Assembly (NCBI RefSeq): GCF_009914755.1
Contig: NC_060927.1
Length of the DNA: 64,000 nt
Reading direction: 5' to 3' (one strand)
Source of the DNA: the human T2T-CHM13v2.0 reference genome, Homo sapiens
The notes under the pieces were generated by a model. It was not told the origin of the DNA. It was given only the letters and a program-made list of their open reading frames with translations, and did not search any database. Positions 1 to 13,280 of the stretch are shown piece by piece. Within the stretch, counting starts at the first letter, position 1, and each line of letters opens with the position of its first letter. A program made the translations under genes and the position numbers.

Positions 1-425
1 AATAAAGATATATTTTTTACCAGCTTTTGCCTTTGTGAGTATTTTGGGTTTGGGACATGGTTGTACATATTTCCTGTTTATATATTCTACACATAATGTG
101 GTATTACAGAATGACGAATTATAGAAAGATCTGGAATATTATTCTTAACTAAGGAGGCAGTAAGATAATTAAGGAGACATTGAAAGTAGACTTCAGAGTT
201 CTTTTCATAAAATAATAGATTTATTTCTCTTGATTAAGGTTTTTATTTGGCCTAAGTCTGACTTAAGATTTTTATAAATTAGCTTCATCATTAAATACCA
301 ATGTACTATTTTTTATGGTATACTAAATTGTTGCTCCATTTGAGAATATTCTAATAGTATTAGGGAAAGTTAGTCTTGTTAATTCATATCTTTTCCTATA
401 TATGAATAAGAAAGGGCATAAAATA

Positions 426-1031
<606 letters not shown>

Positions 1032-1182
1032 TCTTTTCTAATTTTAAAGATGAACTGGAGAGTTTCACTTTATTCTCACGACTCTTATTGCAGAGTCTAC
1101 TCTCCTTTAAAGTAACTTTAGTGTTGTTACTTCTTAGCTTTTCTCAAGAAAATAAAGCCATCACAGTGGAATTTGATGATTA

Positions 1183-1473
<291 letters not shown>

Positions 1474-4400
1474 GTATATATAACATCTTAAGCACATTTA
1501 ATTTGTCTTTAATTTGCATTTAACTTTTTGTCCCTTGAGAAATAACAAACAAAATGATGATAAAAGTTGTTAAAACTCTGGCTGTATCCCCACTGATTTC
1601 GAGGGACATCCTCCTGTTATCCAGGGGAGTCTAATTGTACAGTCTGTTGAGCCCGGACAAGTCTGTGCTTGAGAGAAACTCCCCAGACGACTGCCTGCCT
1701 GTAAGAGACAGTGAGGAAACGCAAGGCAGGAGACACATTTTCTTCAATTTTATCTGCGTAAGCCTGAAACTTTATGCATTGAAATACAGCCAGATATATT
1801 CATAATCATCTCTTAGAGCTTGGCCATCCCAGTATCTTCAGTTCTGTGACCCTGACAGGGAAGGTCATTGGTGCAGCCCTTCCAAGCAAATGCAGTTAAA
1901 TTTAACAGAATTTTTTTTTTCAATATGCCAGACACAGTGGTAAACGTGTAATATAAAGATTGCTCTGACACTCGTTTGAATCTGAACGACTACCAGGAAC
2001 CTTCCTTCTTATTATCCAAAGCCTTTCTCTTGCAATTCACTCTTTCTTAGCTTTTATAATAAGGGTTGACTACTTGAAAATATGGTTCAATTGTCCTTAC
2101 CAGCACTATAAGCAATTTTAGTTTCTCACTAGTTTTCATTTGCTTTTCATTTTTTGCAATGAAACCCATCACAGTCTATTGACCTACTACAATTATTAAG
2201 TCTATTTTATTTGTGATTATAGTTTGTGAAAATACAATTAATTACTCATATTATCAATGAGAGTACAATGTAGCATAATTTCCACCACACGTTGTTAATT
2301 TACCAAACTACTTAAATCTGATTTACGGATTTTTTTCTCGATAGTAGTTTAGATGCCGTGGTACTTTCAAGATGATGAGAGAATCATGAACAGAGAAGTT
2401 CCTTTCAAGTGAAAAATGCAGCTGTCGCAGAATCTCTAGTGTATCCAGGTTAGAATATTTAAAACTATGTATTCATATTAGAGAGACATCATGGGATATG
2501 ATAAGCAGAAAAGAGAGACACTAATTGTGAATAGATAAAAGGATTCACATATGTCTTAAAACTTTCAAATAAAATATGCAGAGTGAGTTTTTAAAACGTT
2601 TTTCCTGTTTATCCCTTGTTTAATGTTCCGTTTTAGTTCTAAGTCGATCCTACAACTAATAACAGATATGAAAAGACTTGGAATGATTGTCTCTGTGTTC
2701 TTTGTGCCATAATTTAAAGTGGCCAGAAGCAAGCAAGTGGAATAAACAGGACAATTGCAGAGTTTATGGAGGATTAGGCCAATTGCAGGCTTCCACACTT
2801 AGGGAGGAGAAAACATCCTCATGAATATGAGATTGGAAGTGTCTAGCTGTGAGAAAAGGAAAAAAAAAATGTCTGACTCTGGCTCTGTGTTGCAAAGCAT
2901 GAGGGTCTCTGTGCTAGACCATGACTTAGCAACCGCGCTGTTTTTAAAAGTATTTGTGTTGTAAGAATTTATTATATAATTATATTCTATTAAAGGTAGA
3001 ATAGGAGCAATCTGGCCAGTTCTAATCACTGAATCTATAGTACAATTTGAGTTGAGATGAAACAAAAACAGCAATAGAGGAAAATGTTAAGAGTTTTTAA
3101 TGTTACTGAGAGTTAATCTGATTATGCTTAAGACTGTGGAGTTGGAGACAAACTGCTTCCAAATTCCCTGATTAAAAAAAATTGAAAAATTTTATTTTAT
3201 ACAAGTAATTTTCTGATGTTGAAAACCTTGTATTATACCTCCAAAATCTGAATGTTTTAACAAAAGGAAAAATCTCCTTCCATGTACTTTATTCCATTAA
3301 TACACTCCATTCATATTTGAAAATTATTAAATTTTAAATTCAATAGTGGATTGTACTTGGAGCAGTTCATCTAACCAGCCATTTACCTAGGGTGTATTAA
3401 TACTAAGCAGCCTTGCAGCCACATCTACCAATGTATTAAGAGCCTACTAATAAAAATATGATTTACTGCCTAAAGTTTCTTTTTGCATCCTTCATCACTT
3501 GTCTGATTTGGAAGTGTGGTATATAATGCAGATATGAAACCAGCTCAAAGTTAACAGTTCATAGCTGTAAAGATCAGTGCATGCTCACGGCAGAACAATT
3601 TTCAGAGTATGTTGGTATTATTACCATTTTGCACTTTCTAATAAAACGTTTTGTTCATGTAGGCTGTATCTTCTGCACTCAGGCTTTAAAAAGACCTTTC
3701 ATCCCCACTTTCTCTGAAGTTGGACAGCAGCCGCAGTAGCAGCTGCCTCTTTAGTCACTTTGCTTCCCCTCATTTTGATAATTATGGGCAAAGGTCAATC
3801 ATTTTCCCATCAAGGCAAATCCTGACAACCCCACATGTCAGAGCCTAAGTTATAGATGACATGCTTGTCAACACCAAAACTCAGAGAGTATATCTTTACC
3901 TCCTCATGACCAGCTGAAAGTCAAAACCCTACTGCAAACCAGAGGCAGGAGGGGATGAAAGAAGGGTGGCTGTTTGCCCTGACTTTGTCAACTGCAGACA
4001 TAGTTCCAGGCAGATTTTTGTAATTTTAAACTCTATAAATGAACAATTACATTCCACTTTATACACATGAACTGTGAGCGTCCTGATTGAATGCAAATGC
4101 TTCTGTTAACAACATGACCTCGTAGTGCCTTAGACGGAAAGACTTTAGTTTTATTGTGGCGATTGTTCTTAAACCTAGCTGAGTTTTTTAGATTAAGATG
4201 AAATGTTTTAAAGCTGGGAGGGGGGACAAATAATGATCTTTTAAAATAATAACTAGATTCTGGGTGAACTAAAAGCCTGGCTAGGACCATTATAGGAATA
4301 CAGACACTCAATTCAGTTCAGTAAACACTGAAGGGATAAGGAGACAGACATTTTATTTATATCATGAAATTGGATATTAAATTTGCACTGCTCAGATTAT

Positions 4401-6023
4401 GTCAGATATTGATTTAGATTCAATTACATAATACCTCCCAGTATCCCTAGAATCAGCATTCAAAGAAATATGCATTAGTGAGTATGGTGGTAACTGGGTG
4501 CTAAAAGCCTAGGCCAAGCAAATCACAGAACTACCTGCAATGGAAAGTTTGTGCTCCAAGGGTCCTAGGGTATTTGAATTTCTGACCATCTATCAACATG
4601 TTACCTACATGTACCTTCAATACTCCCAACACTTTGTCCTCCCAGAATATGATATGAGGTTAAAATTTAGCCCAGGGTCCCAATTTAATATCTACTGATG
4701 GCGTCCCTTTCTTTATATAATCAAACATTTTTGTAAAATTATTTGGGTAATTTTATTACAAATACTTTTTAGGGGCTTTCTGTTTCAAAGAAACCTATAA
4801 TAACTCTTCTTTTTCTTCTTGTTAGAACAATAATAAATCCTCCTATACAGTAAATCATTACCTCCTCACTTCTCACTTGTTTAAATCAAAATTTTTATTT
4901 ACTGCATTCTATGAGTGTCAGATAGTGAGTTACTTACAAGTATGCTGTGATAAATTGGTAATAGGACATTCATTGTCAGGATGAAAGAAAACATTACTTT
5001 CCAAGAAAGTTATGACCCAATGTGATAATTTAGGATTACAAAGAAAGTGTATGAAGTATTTCCTGAAATGAACAATGTAATTTGATCTTATAGCAAGTAA
5101 TATTTATCCCAGATTCTTGAGAATTAAAGTCTGCATAGAAATGTAATGCGTTGTGAGTCTATGATTCTGTGTTGTAGCTGAGCAGTACTTACTCTTTCCT
5201 TTATATGCTAAGATGGGATGTACATATAAAGCCCCCCCCCCTTGTAATAGGCTTATAACAGATGTACTCTTTTATAAACAGCCATTATCCTTGGACGTAT
5301 ATCTGTTCAGGCAGAATGACCTACTATTGGTCCCACTCTTGAAGACCATTGCTTTGCTTGTCTTCTGCTCTGGTCCATTGCCTTGTTGCCTACATTCCAG
5401 TTGTTCACCTTCCATGATGCCCGTAAGAAGAGAGTCAAAGGCTGACAAATGCACAGGTGTTTTCTCACTTTTCTTACATCCTACCCCCTCTCAGTTATTC
5501 ATTATGGTAATGGCACTTTGTGATGTGCAATTTCTGGATTTATGACCCATTCTTGATAAGCATGAATCTGGACTGCCTGTGCATCTTTGATAAGGTTCTA
5601 GTTGGATAGCAGTGACCTTTCTGGATGTAATTCTGGGAGGAAGATTAAAAAGCAGTCCAGAAAGTGACAGGTTTGGGACAATAACGTATGAATTTGGCTC
5701 TGCTGGCAGGCAAGAGATGTAAGCCGTGATAAATTAGAGGCAAACCAAACAAGCTTACTGAATGATTTTTCATTTCTGCTACATCCTTGGGTAAAAGTCT
5801 ATTGTATGAATTGCACTAATACTGCCATATTCCTCTAGCCGTGTGTTAGACTACTTGTTTACTAATTGCATAAACTGGCAAATTATTCCGTTAATGTAGT
5901 TTTACAGTAACCAAAGGCTGCATACTCAATTAAAAATATGGGCACCATTTTGCGTACTTGTGCTGTCTTATACGTTGAACAGTCAGTGAGCATTTGGAAG
6001 AGAGTCATCCAAACTCATAAAAA

Positions 6024-6060
6024 CCTCTCTCTCTGTTTCTCTCTCTCTCTCTTTCCTTCC
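6024..6060. repeat. Imperfect (CT)n pyrimidine tract
   Basis: cctctctctctgtttctctctctctctctttccttcc. Confidence 0.75.
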
Positions 6061-6929
6061 ACCCCCTTTCTCATATTTGTATGAAAAGCTATTAGAAATT
6101 TCCATATATATACCCAAATCCTGAGGACATCTTTTCCAAGTTTAGAGAGTTAAAGATGGATTATAAAGAGAATCCATTTATCAAGGTAACTTGTTAATAC
6201 ACTGTCCTTAATATTCTTCTGTATTTGATAAAGTCTTAAACTCTTAATATATGTTCCATGTTGAATATATAGCAGAAATACACTTGTATAGATAATTATG
6301 TTTATTACGTATTTAAAGGATAAGAACACGTACACTGACGTGCAAGCACATATACCCCTTCAGAGAAAGACAGACAAAGATTTGTTTTCCTCCAAAGTGA
6401 TACTTCTGAGGAGTGCTAATATATAATAACCTAATCTTAAGGACATGACTATAATAAAGGCTAAAAAGCAGTTTTGTCAGGTGGCTTTGTAAATCTGTCT
6501 TCTTTGCTATTGGAGCCTGTTGCTTATACACACATGGAATACAAAATAAATTGTCCACGTAGCAGGCAAATCAATACGCGGTGGTCCCTACCAGGATTAA
6601 TCATGGGAGGAGTTCCATCACCACTCACACATGGCTGCATTCAGGGTGCACAGGGCCTATTACTTCTGCATCTGTCTTTAAAGGGAGCCCTCTAGAGCTT
6701 GCTACAAGGGGAGGAGAAGGCAGCTACCTCTTCTGAGGGCCTGAGGTAGGTCAGACACCAGGCTAGGCATGTGCACATACAGAGTTCTGTTCCAGTCTCA
6801 ATGCAATGCAGCGACCTGTCGCTAGTAGCCCTGTTTTTACAAGTGAAAAGAGAAGTGTGTTTCCCTGCCCCTTCCTCAGCAGAAAGTCTGGCACTCAGCA
6901 GTCACTCTGTCAACGGAAAACAAAATGAA

Positions 6930-7020
6930 TAAGGCCGGGAGAAATGAAGTAACTCACCTAAGATTGTACTAATTGAAAGCCCAGCAAATCCAGATTTGAA
7001 TAGGACTCTGTGTGTCTTAA
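6930..7020 (-). mobile_element. MIR fragment
   Basis: gagaaatgaagtaactcacctaagattgtac...ccagatttgaa resembles the reverse MIR core. Confidence 0.5.
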
Positions 7021-7076
7021 TACCAGCAAGCAAACCAATAAACAAAAAGCAAACTGCCAGCTGCAGTACCTTATGA

Positions 7077-7442
<366 letters not shown>

Positions 7443-7899
7443 CCACAGCTTTTTTGAAATATAATTCATGTACCATACAACTCATCCATTTAAAGTGTCA
7501 GACATCACTTTAATATTTATATTTTATACTTACTATAAACTCAGTATATATAAAATCATAGTGCCTCTTCTTTTAGCTGTGTTTAATACTTATGGACTGA
7601 AGACCTGTTCATTTTTAACCTAAGTAGAGAAAATATAGAGTCGAGAGTATTTTTCTCGCTTGAAATCAGTAGTGCCTATTTTTGCTAAATTTTTTGATTC
7701 CTAATTATTGCTATTCTTCCTGCATTTCTCTGACATCCATCATTTCTTGCCCATTTTTTTTTCATATTTTTTAGTATTCTGGTGCCTTCATATTTTTACC
7801 ATACTGGTGTGTCAGGCATTGGGACTATTCTTAGAAGTTGTTTTGCTACTCTATTCCACTCTGTAAACTTACGGACCATTGAATTGTCCTAAAACATTT

Positions 7900-8450
7900 A
7901 CTTTCTCCATGACACGTGCTATTCTTAAAATAAGTTATGTCAGGTTAAATTAAAAAGAAAGGCCTTCAATGACTGTCAGTGTCCTGCATGATCCGATCTT
8001 ACCTTATTTAGACAACCTTTCCTTTTGTAATTCCTATCAGAAAATGCCTTTTCTGCACAGACCAGCCACTTAATGTCTCACTTACAGTAATGTTTATTTC
8101 TAACTTTGTGGCTTATCTGACTTGTTTAACCAGTTTACTCTCCCTTTTATTTCCCTAATTAATATGACCCAGGATGAGAATTAAATAGTATTTCCTTTAT
8201 CAAGGCTTACTCTCCCACACATTCTCCTAATACCTTTACCTACCTTGCAATCCTGCTGGGCTTGCAATTTGTCCCCCATATTTAACTCTTGGCAGACAGC
8301 GGTCCCATATTTTTTTCCTCATGAGTATTTCCTATGTGGACATCTCGACTCTCTAACAATTTTAAATTTCTTGAGAATCTGTTCCGTGCCTGATTTCTCC
8401 CTCAGCAGCTTTCTACCCTCTTTGCAGTATGTTCTTCTTAAAATAATACA
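7900..8450 (+). mobile_element. Highly diverged L2 fragment
   Basis: Pyrimidine-rich stretch with L2-like blocks (ccttcaatg..., gtcctgcatgatccgatcttacctta). Boundaries approximate. Confidence 0.4.
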
Positions 8451-10632
8451 TTTTGATTTGTCTCAACTATATATAAAACGCACATGCATAGGCATATGTA
8501 CATAGTTTTGTTTGAAAAGAAAAAAGATTTACAATTTATTTAAACTTTGTAAACTTCAAATAAAATATTGGATCAACTACATTAACTCACATTGGAAAGG
8601 ACTCTACTGATGAAAAATATGACAAATATATGGCACTGGGGTTTTAATGTAAAGTTAGTCACTAATTTTTAGAAAGTAAGCTGACTGGGAGAAGGAGGTG
8701 TAGATAAGTAGATTTTCATCAATTCCAAGATACATGCTTTTGTGATAAACTTAAATATAATTTAGTTTTCTATCAGGCCTCAAATACCAGATAGTTGTGG
8801 GCCTTGTGAAATAATTTTTTATTAATGCCTTGCCAAGTGGAACATGATGATAAAAATGGATAGTAGCTACTTCTCTCATCATTTTTTTGTCTTATTTTAA
8901 TCTCTCTAAAGGTAAAAACATATATTATGATAGGAAGTAGTCAGTTGCCCTGGCACATTTATTTTTTTGTCATTTTCTCTTAAGTGTTAGTATTATATAC
9001 AATGAAGGTACTTAGATTCAAATTGAAATGAATAAAGTTAATTGGCTTTATACCTGGTTTACAGTTCAGAGTCTCTATGATAGATACCTGGAGAGTGACT
9101 AGTATAGTTTAGCTGGGTGTGCATGGGCTGAATGGATAATATGAAGATTACATTTTTATGGGAGTCCAACAAAGGAGTTCTAAGTAAAAGTGATCTGTGA
9201 GCCTTAAAAAAGTATTAAAATTAAATAAAATGAATATTGATTCCTGAGAAACATGTTTGAAGTTTGAACCTTCTGGCTCTAACAATTATGGTTAACAAAA
9301 AAATGTGTATTTATATTTTCAAGGATATTATTGTGATTTCTTGTAGCTAACGTTCTGAAGGAACCGCTGTATTTTAAGTCATGTCTTTTGGCTTGACTTT
9401 TTTATATGGCATGAAGTTCTAAATAGCTTTATACAATTAACAGAGGCATTATTTTTAAATGTTAACTAGGCTAGGTTAATATTGTTTAGGCTTTTACGTG
9501 TTTTAAAATACTCCCACATACTCTAAAAATTAAGCAAACTATAGAACTATGATGGATCTAGTAAGGGAGCACTTTTCTTGGTTTATCATCATTTTTTTTG
9601 CCTCCATCACACATCGACTGAATGAGATAATCGATGGAAAGACTTGAAATAAGTGTGGCATAAACACATCAGTTTATGTGTTTCTAGAAAAGATCTTTTC
9701 TGTCACAGCAAATGCCATGGTAAAATTCTTATTTTTTAATTAATATTCCCTCATGTTAACAATCTAACAGCATGCTTATTCATTTGTTCTTCAGTCCAGT
9801 GTGGCATTATTGCTGTTTGTTGGTTGAACATTGGCTGTGGTCTGAGACGCCTGGTATCTTGAGTTTCTGAGGTGATGCTGTCATGCTCTTCACCTGCCTG
9901 AGGTGGTGATTAGAAAGCACAGTTACAGCCACTGCTCAAGTCATCTGAAAATTTCCTTCCTGCTAAATGTTACAGGGTAGAGGCCATTAGTTCTTCTACA
10001 AGCTACAAACTCCCAGCCTGCTGCCATGTCATGAAGCCAGAGAAATCAAAAAGCCACCTACTGACCCTGCCTATTGTCTGGGCTTGTCGTCTTCTGTCAG
10101 TAGTGTGCCACAATCAGCGAGATACACATGTACCTCCTGCCTGCTCAGGGTTTGGCCGCCCCCTGCTCCCAGCACCTGTTTGCTTATACATGAGCTTTGC
10201 ATGTTTGAATTTAAATAGACACAGGAGGGTGGAGAGAGGGAGGAAGGGCGATGCCTCTGTCAGCCGTGGGTCATTACTACAGAGGAGACAAACCCAGCGA
10301 GCAGGGAAACTGGGAAGCCTGGTAACGTGGTAGTGGGTGATGAAAGATGAGTATTCTCCATGGAAATCATTTTTTTCCCCTTTTAAAGTTGAATGGGGTG
10401 GGTGATTATTAAGACAAGATTAATAATCATTTTGATTATCATATCTATCAATAGATGATTTCTTCAATTACATAGAGAATTATAAATCAGATGATGAATT
10501 GTGACCTGGGTCTTTTCCAAAGTTACCTTTCCTTGATCTCTTCCAATGATGTCATTGCAAAAAATTGTCTAATTTATCAAAAAAACAACATGAAATTCAG
10601 GTATGCGTACAGGTGTAAAAAGGCCAAGATTT

Positions 10633-10941
10633 GGCCAGGCATGGTGGCTCACGCTTGTAATCCCAGCACTTTGGGAGGCCGAGGAGGGCAGATCACTGAG
10701 ATGAGGAGTTCAAGACCAGCCTGGCCAAAATGGTGAAGCCCCATCTCTACTAAAAGCATAAAAAATTAGCCGGGTGTGGTGGCACGCGCCTGCAGTCCCA
10801 GCTACTCAGAGATTGAGGCACAAGAATCACTTGAACCCAGGAGGCGGAGGTTGCGGTGAGCCAAAATTACGCCACTGCACTCCAACCTGGGTGACAGAGC
10901 GAGACTCTGTCTCAAAAAACAAAAAACAAAACAAAACAAGA
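10633..10941 (+). mobile_element. AluS (Sx/Sz-like)
   Basis: ggccaggcatggtggctcacgc... to an (A4-6C)n tail. TSD aaaaaggccaagattt (10617-10632) / aaaatggccaagattt (10942-10957). Confidence 0.95.
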
Positions 10942-11145
10942 AAAATGGCCAAGATTTAGTAAATATGTACACTGGGGACTCATATCTGGGATATATGCAA
11001 TATGCACCTGTTTATGGTAGAAATTTTTTTACCTAAGAAGAAACAATACTATCATCTTTCTATTTCAACTTGTTTACTAAATTATAATTTTCTTAGGTTT
11101 AGCAAATGCTCATTTAGTAATTGTGTCATCCTGCATCTGGGCTTC

Positions 11146-11345
11146 TAGGCTTTGAATTAGAAAATCTGAGACTGCTTGCTGCCTTTGGTATTTATTAGTT
11201 CCATGACCTTCGGTGAGTTCTTTAATCTGCCTGAAGCTCAGTATCTTCATCCACAAAAAGGGAGCACTGGTGCCCACTTGAGGGGGCCCTAAAGGGTGGA
11301 AATTTAATGACATGATAATTGTGAGTGCTCTTTTCAAACTGTAAT
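11146..11345 (+). mobile_element. MIR
   Basis: ggctttgaattagaaaatctgag...tgaccttcggtgagttctttaatctgcctgaagctcagtatcttcatc matches the MIR core. Confidence 0.7.
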
Positions 11346-12981
11346 GTGTTATATAAACATCAGATATTGTTACTATTAAGACTGATGTCATATAAGATTA
11401 ACCATGGTCTCCAAAAGATACAATACTCATAGTTTCATTACTAAATAAACTTTTAAAGTAAAACCAAAATACTTTCAAAAATAAATTGTATTAATTATTA
11501 CCACCATAATACTGAAAGTTTTATGGAAATATTTCCTCTCTAAAGCACACCGTTGTATGTTAGAATGTTTTCCTGGTGTACTCTTTTACTATGTGTAATT
11601 TAAAAAGTAATTCTAGACTATCAAGATAGAATTTTATTATAATATTACTGCTTAATATGACACTTTCTTCTAATTTTATTGTGCCAAGAATTTGTGCAAA
11701 AGTTACACAGGCAGATAGTTACCTTCTTTTTTCCTTTGGGTTTTCAATACGTACTCTAACAAAGGAAAGATGAAAGAAATCAGGGAGAAGATCTGGCATT
11801 TAGAAACACACACTCCCTCCCACACACACATCCACTCCGAAAAGTTATAAAGGATCTGTTGAATTTGGGGGATACCTTGAAGAACTTCAAGCTGTCACCA
11901 TTTCACTACCCCATGCGGTTTGAGCAAATGAGCAGCCTTGAACTTTGCACACAGAGACGCGAGGCCTGGGCAGAAGGCAGTGCATCTGCAGGTCCTTGCA
12001 TGACTAATTTCCTGTCAGCAAGTGATTTTATTATCATTTAAATAAGAATGGATAATAATAGCTGTAAACTTGGCAGATGGCTGAATTGGTAAATTTTAAA
12101 GGAGGTAGGTTTGAAATACTTCTGTGCTTCCTCCTTCAATGCCTTCACCCACTCCTTAAGCCCCGTGGCAATCAACTATTTTGGTTACCACTTTTGATTT
12201 AACCACTGTGTTCATTCCTATCGATTAAAGGGGCTTTAATAGCACAATATTGTGATGGCTGTTTAAGCAGAGGACATACTGTGTTTCATTGCTTCTTATT
12301 TACACTGGGCAAGGGGGAAGCCCAGTTATTGGTAGGTACTTCCCTCTTCTAATCATTTCTGCATGAAACTTTTTTTCTTTCTCTCTTCACTCAACGCTTA
12401 AGAGGAAAGGAAAACTACTTGAACTTCTTAGTTCGTATTTCTCATATAAAGTTAAAACAATGTATAAAAAGAACTATTGTGTATTCAGTTCTCATGTTCC
12501 CATTCCTTAATCAACACAGGCTTATCAATACAGCAATAAATGAGGACAGTCTGAAGCACAGGAGAGATCACTAATATTGCAGCCAATTTTCTTTCCTAAA
12601 AAGTACAGGCGCAAAAATAATTCATATCAGATGAGGTCTTACAAATATTAAACACCATTATGTCAAGCAAATACCGCTAAATATGAAACAAAATATTGAC
12701 TCTATTACATAATATAGTTATGGTTAACAAAATAAATCTAATAGGGAATTTTAAACTACCAATTTAGCTTAATTAAAAGGTACAATTTCCTCAATCCTGA
12801 TTAAATAACAGTAAAAGCATAGATTGAATCCACTCCCTCTGAGATTTTTAAAAGAATGTTTGAGAAAGCTTGATGTTGGAGTTATAATTACACAACAGTA
12901 ATCTGCTTATTCCTTTGACTTAAGGTATTAAGATCGCTACTAACCAAAGTTCATTAATTGAAAGCTTGGAGACAAAGTAAA

Positions 12982-13280
12982 TTTTTTTTTTTTTTTTTTT
13001 TGAGACAGTCTCGCACTGTCACCCAGGCTGGAGTGCGGTGGCATGATCTCAGCTCACTGCAACCTCTGCCCCCTGGGTTCAAGCGATTCTCCTGCCTAGC
13101 CTCCTGAGTAGCTGGGACAACAGGTGCACGCCACCACGCCTGGCTAATTTTTTGTATTTTTTAGTAGAGACGGGGTTTCACCATGTTGGCCAGGCTGGTC
13201 TTAAACTCCTGACCTCGTGATTTGCTTGCCTCGGGCTCCTAAAGTGCTGGGATTACAGGCATGAGCCACTGCACCCGGCC
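12982..13280 (-). mobile_element. AluS (AluSg-like)
   Basis: T20 tail, cctgacctcgtgat, ends ggcc at 13280. TSD caaagtaaatttt on both sides (12973 and 13281). Confidence 0.95.
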
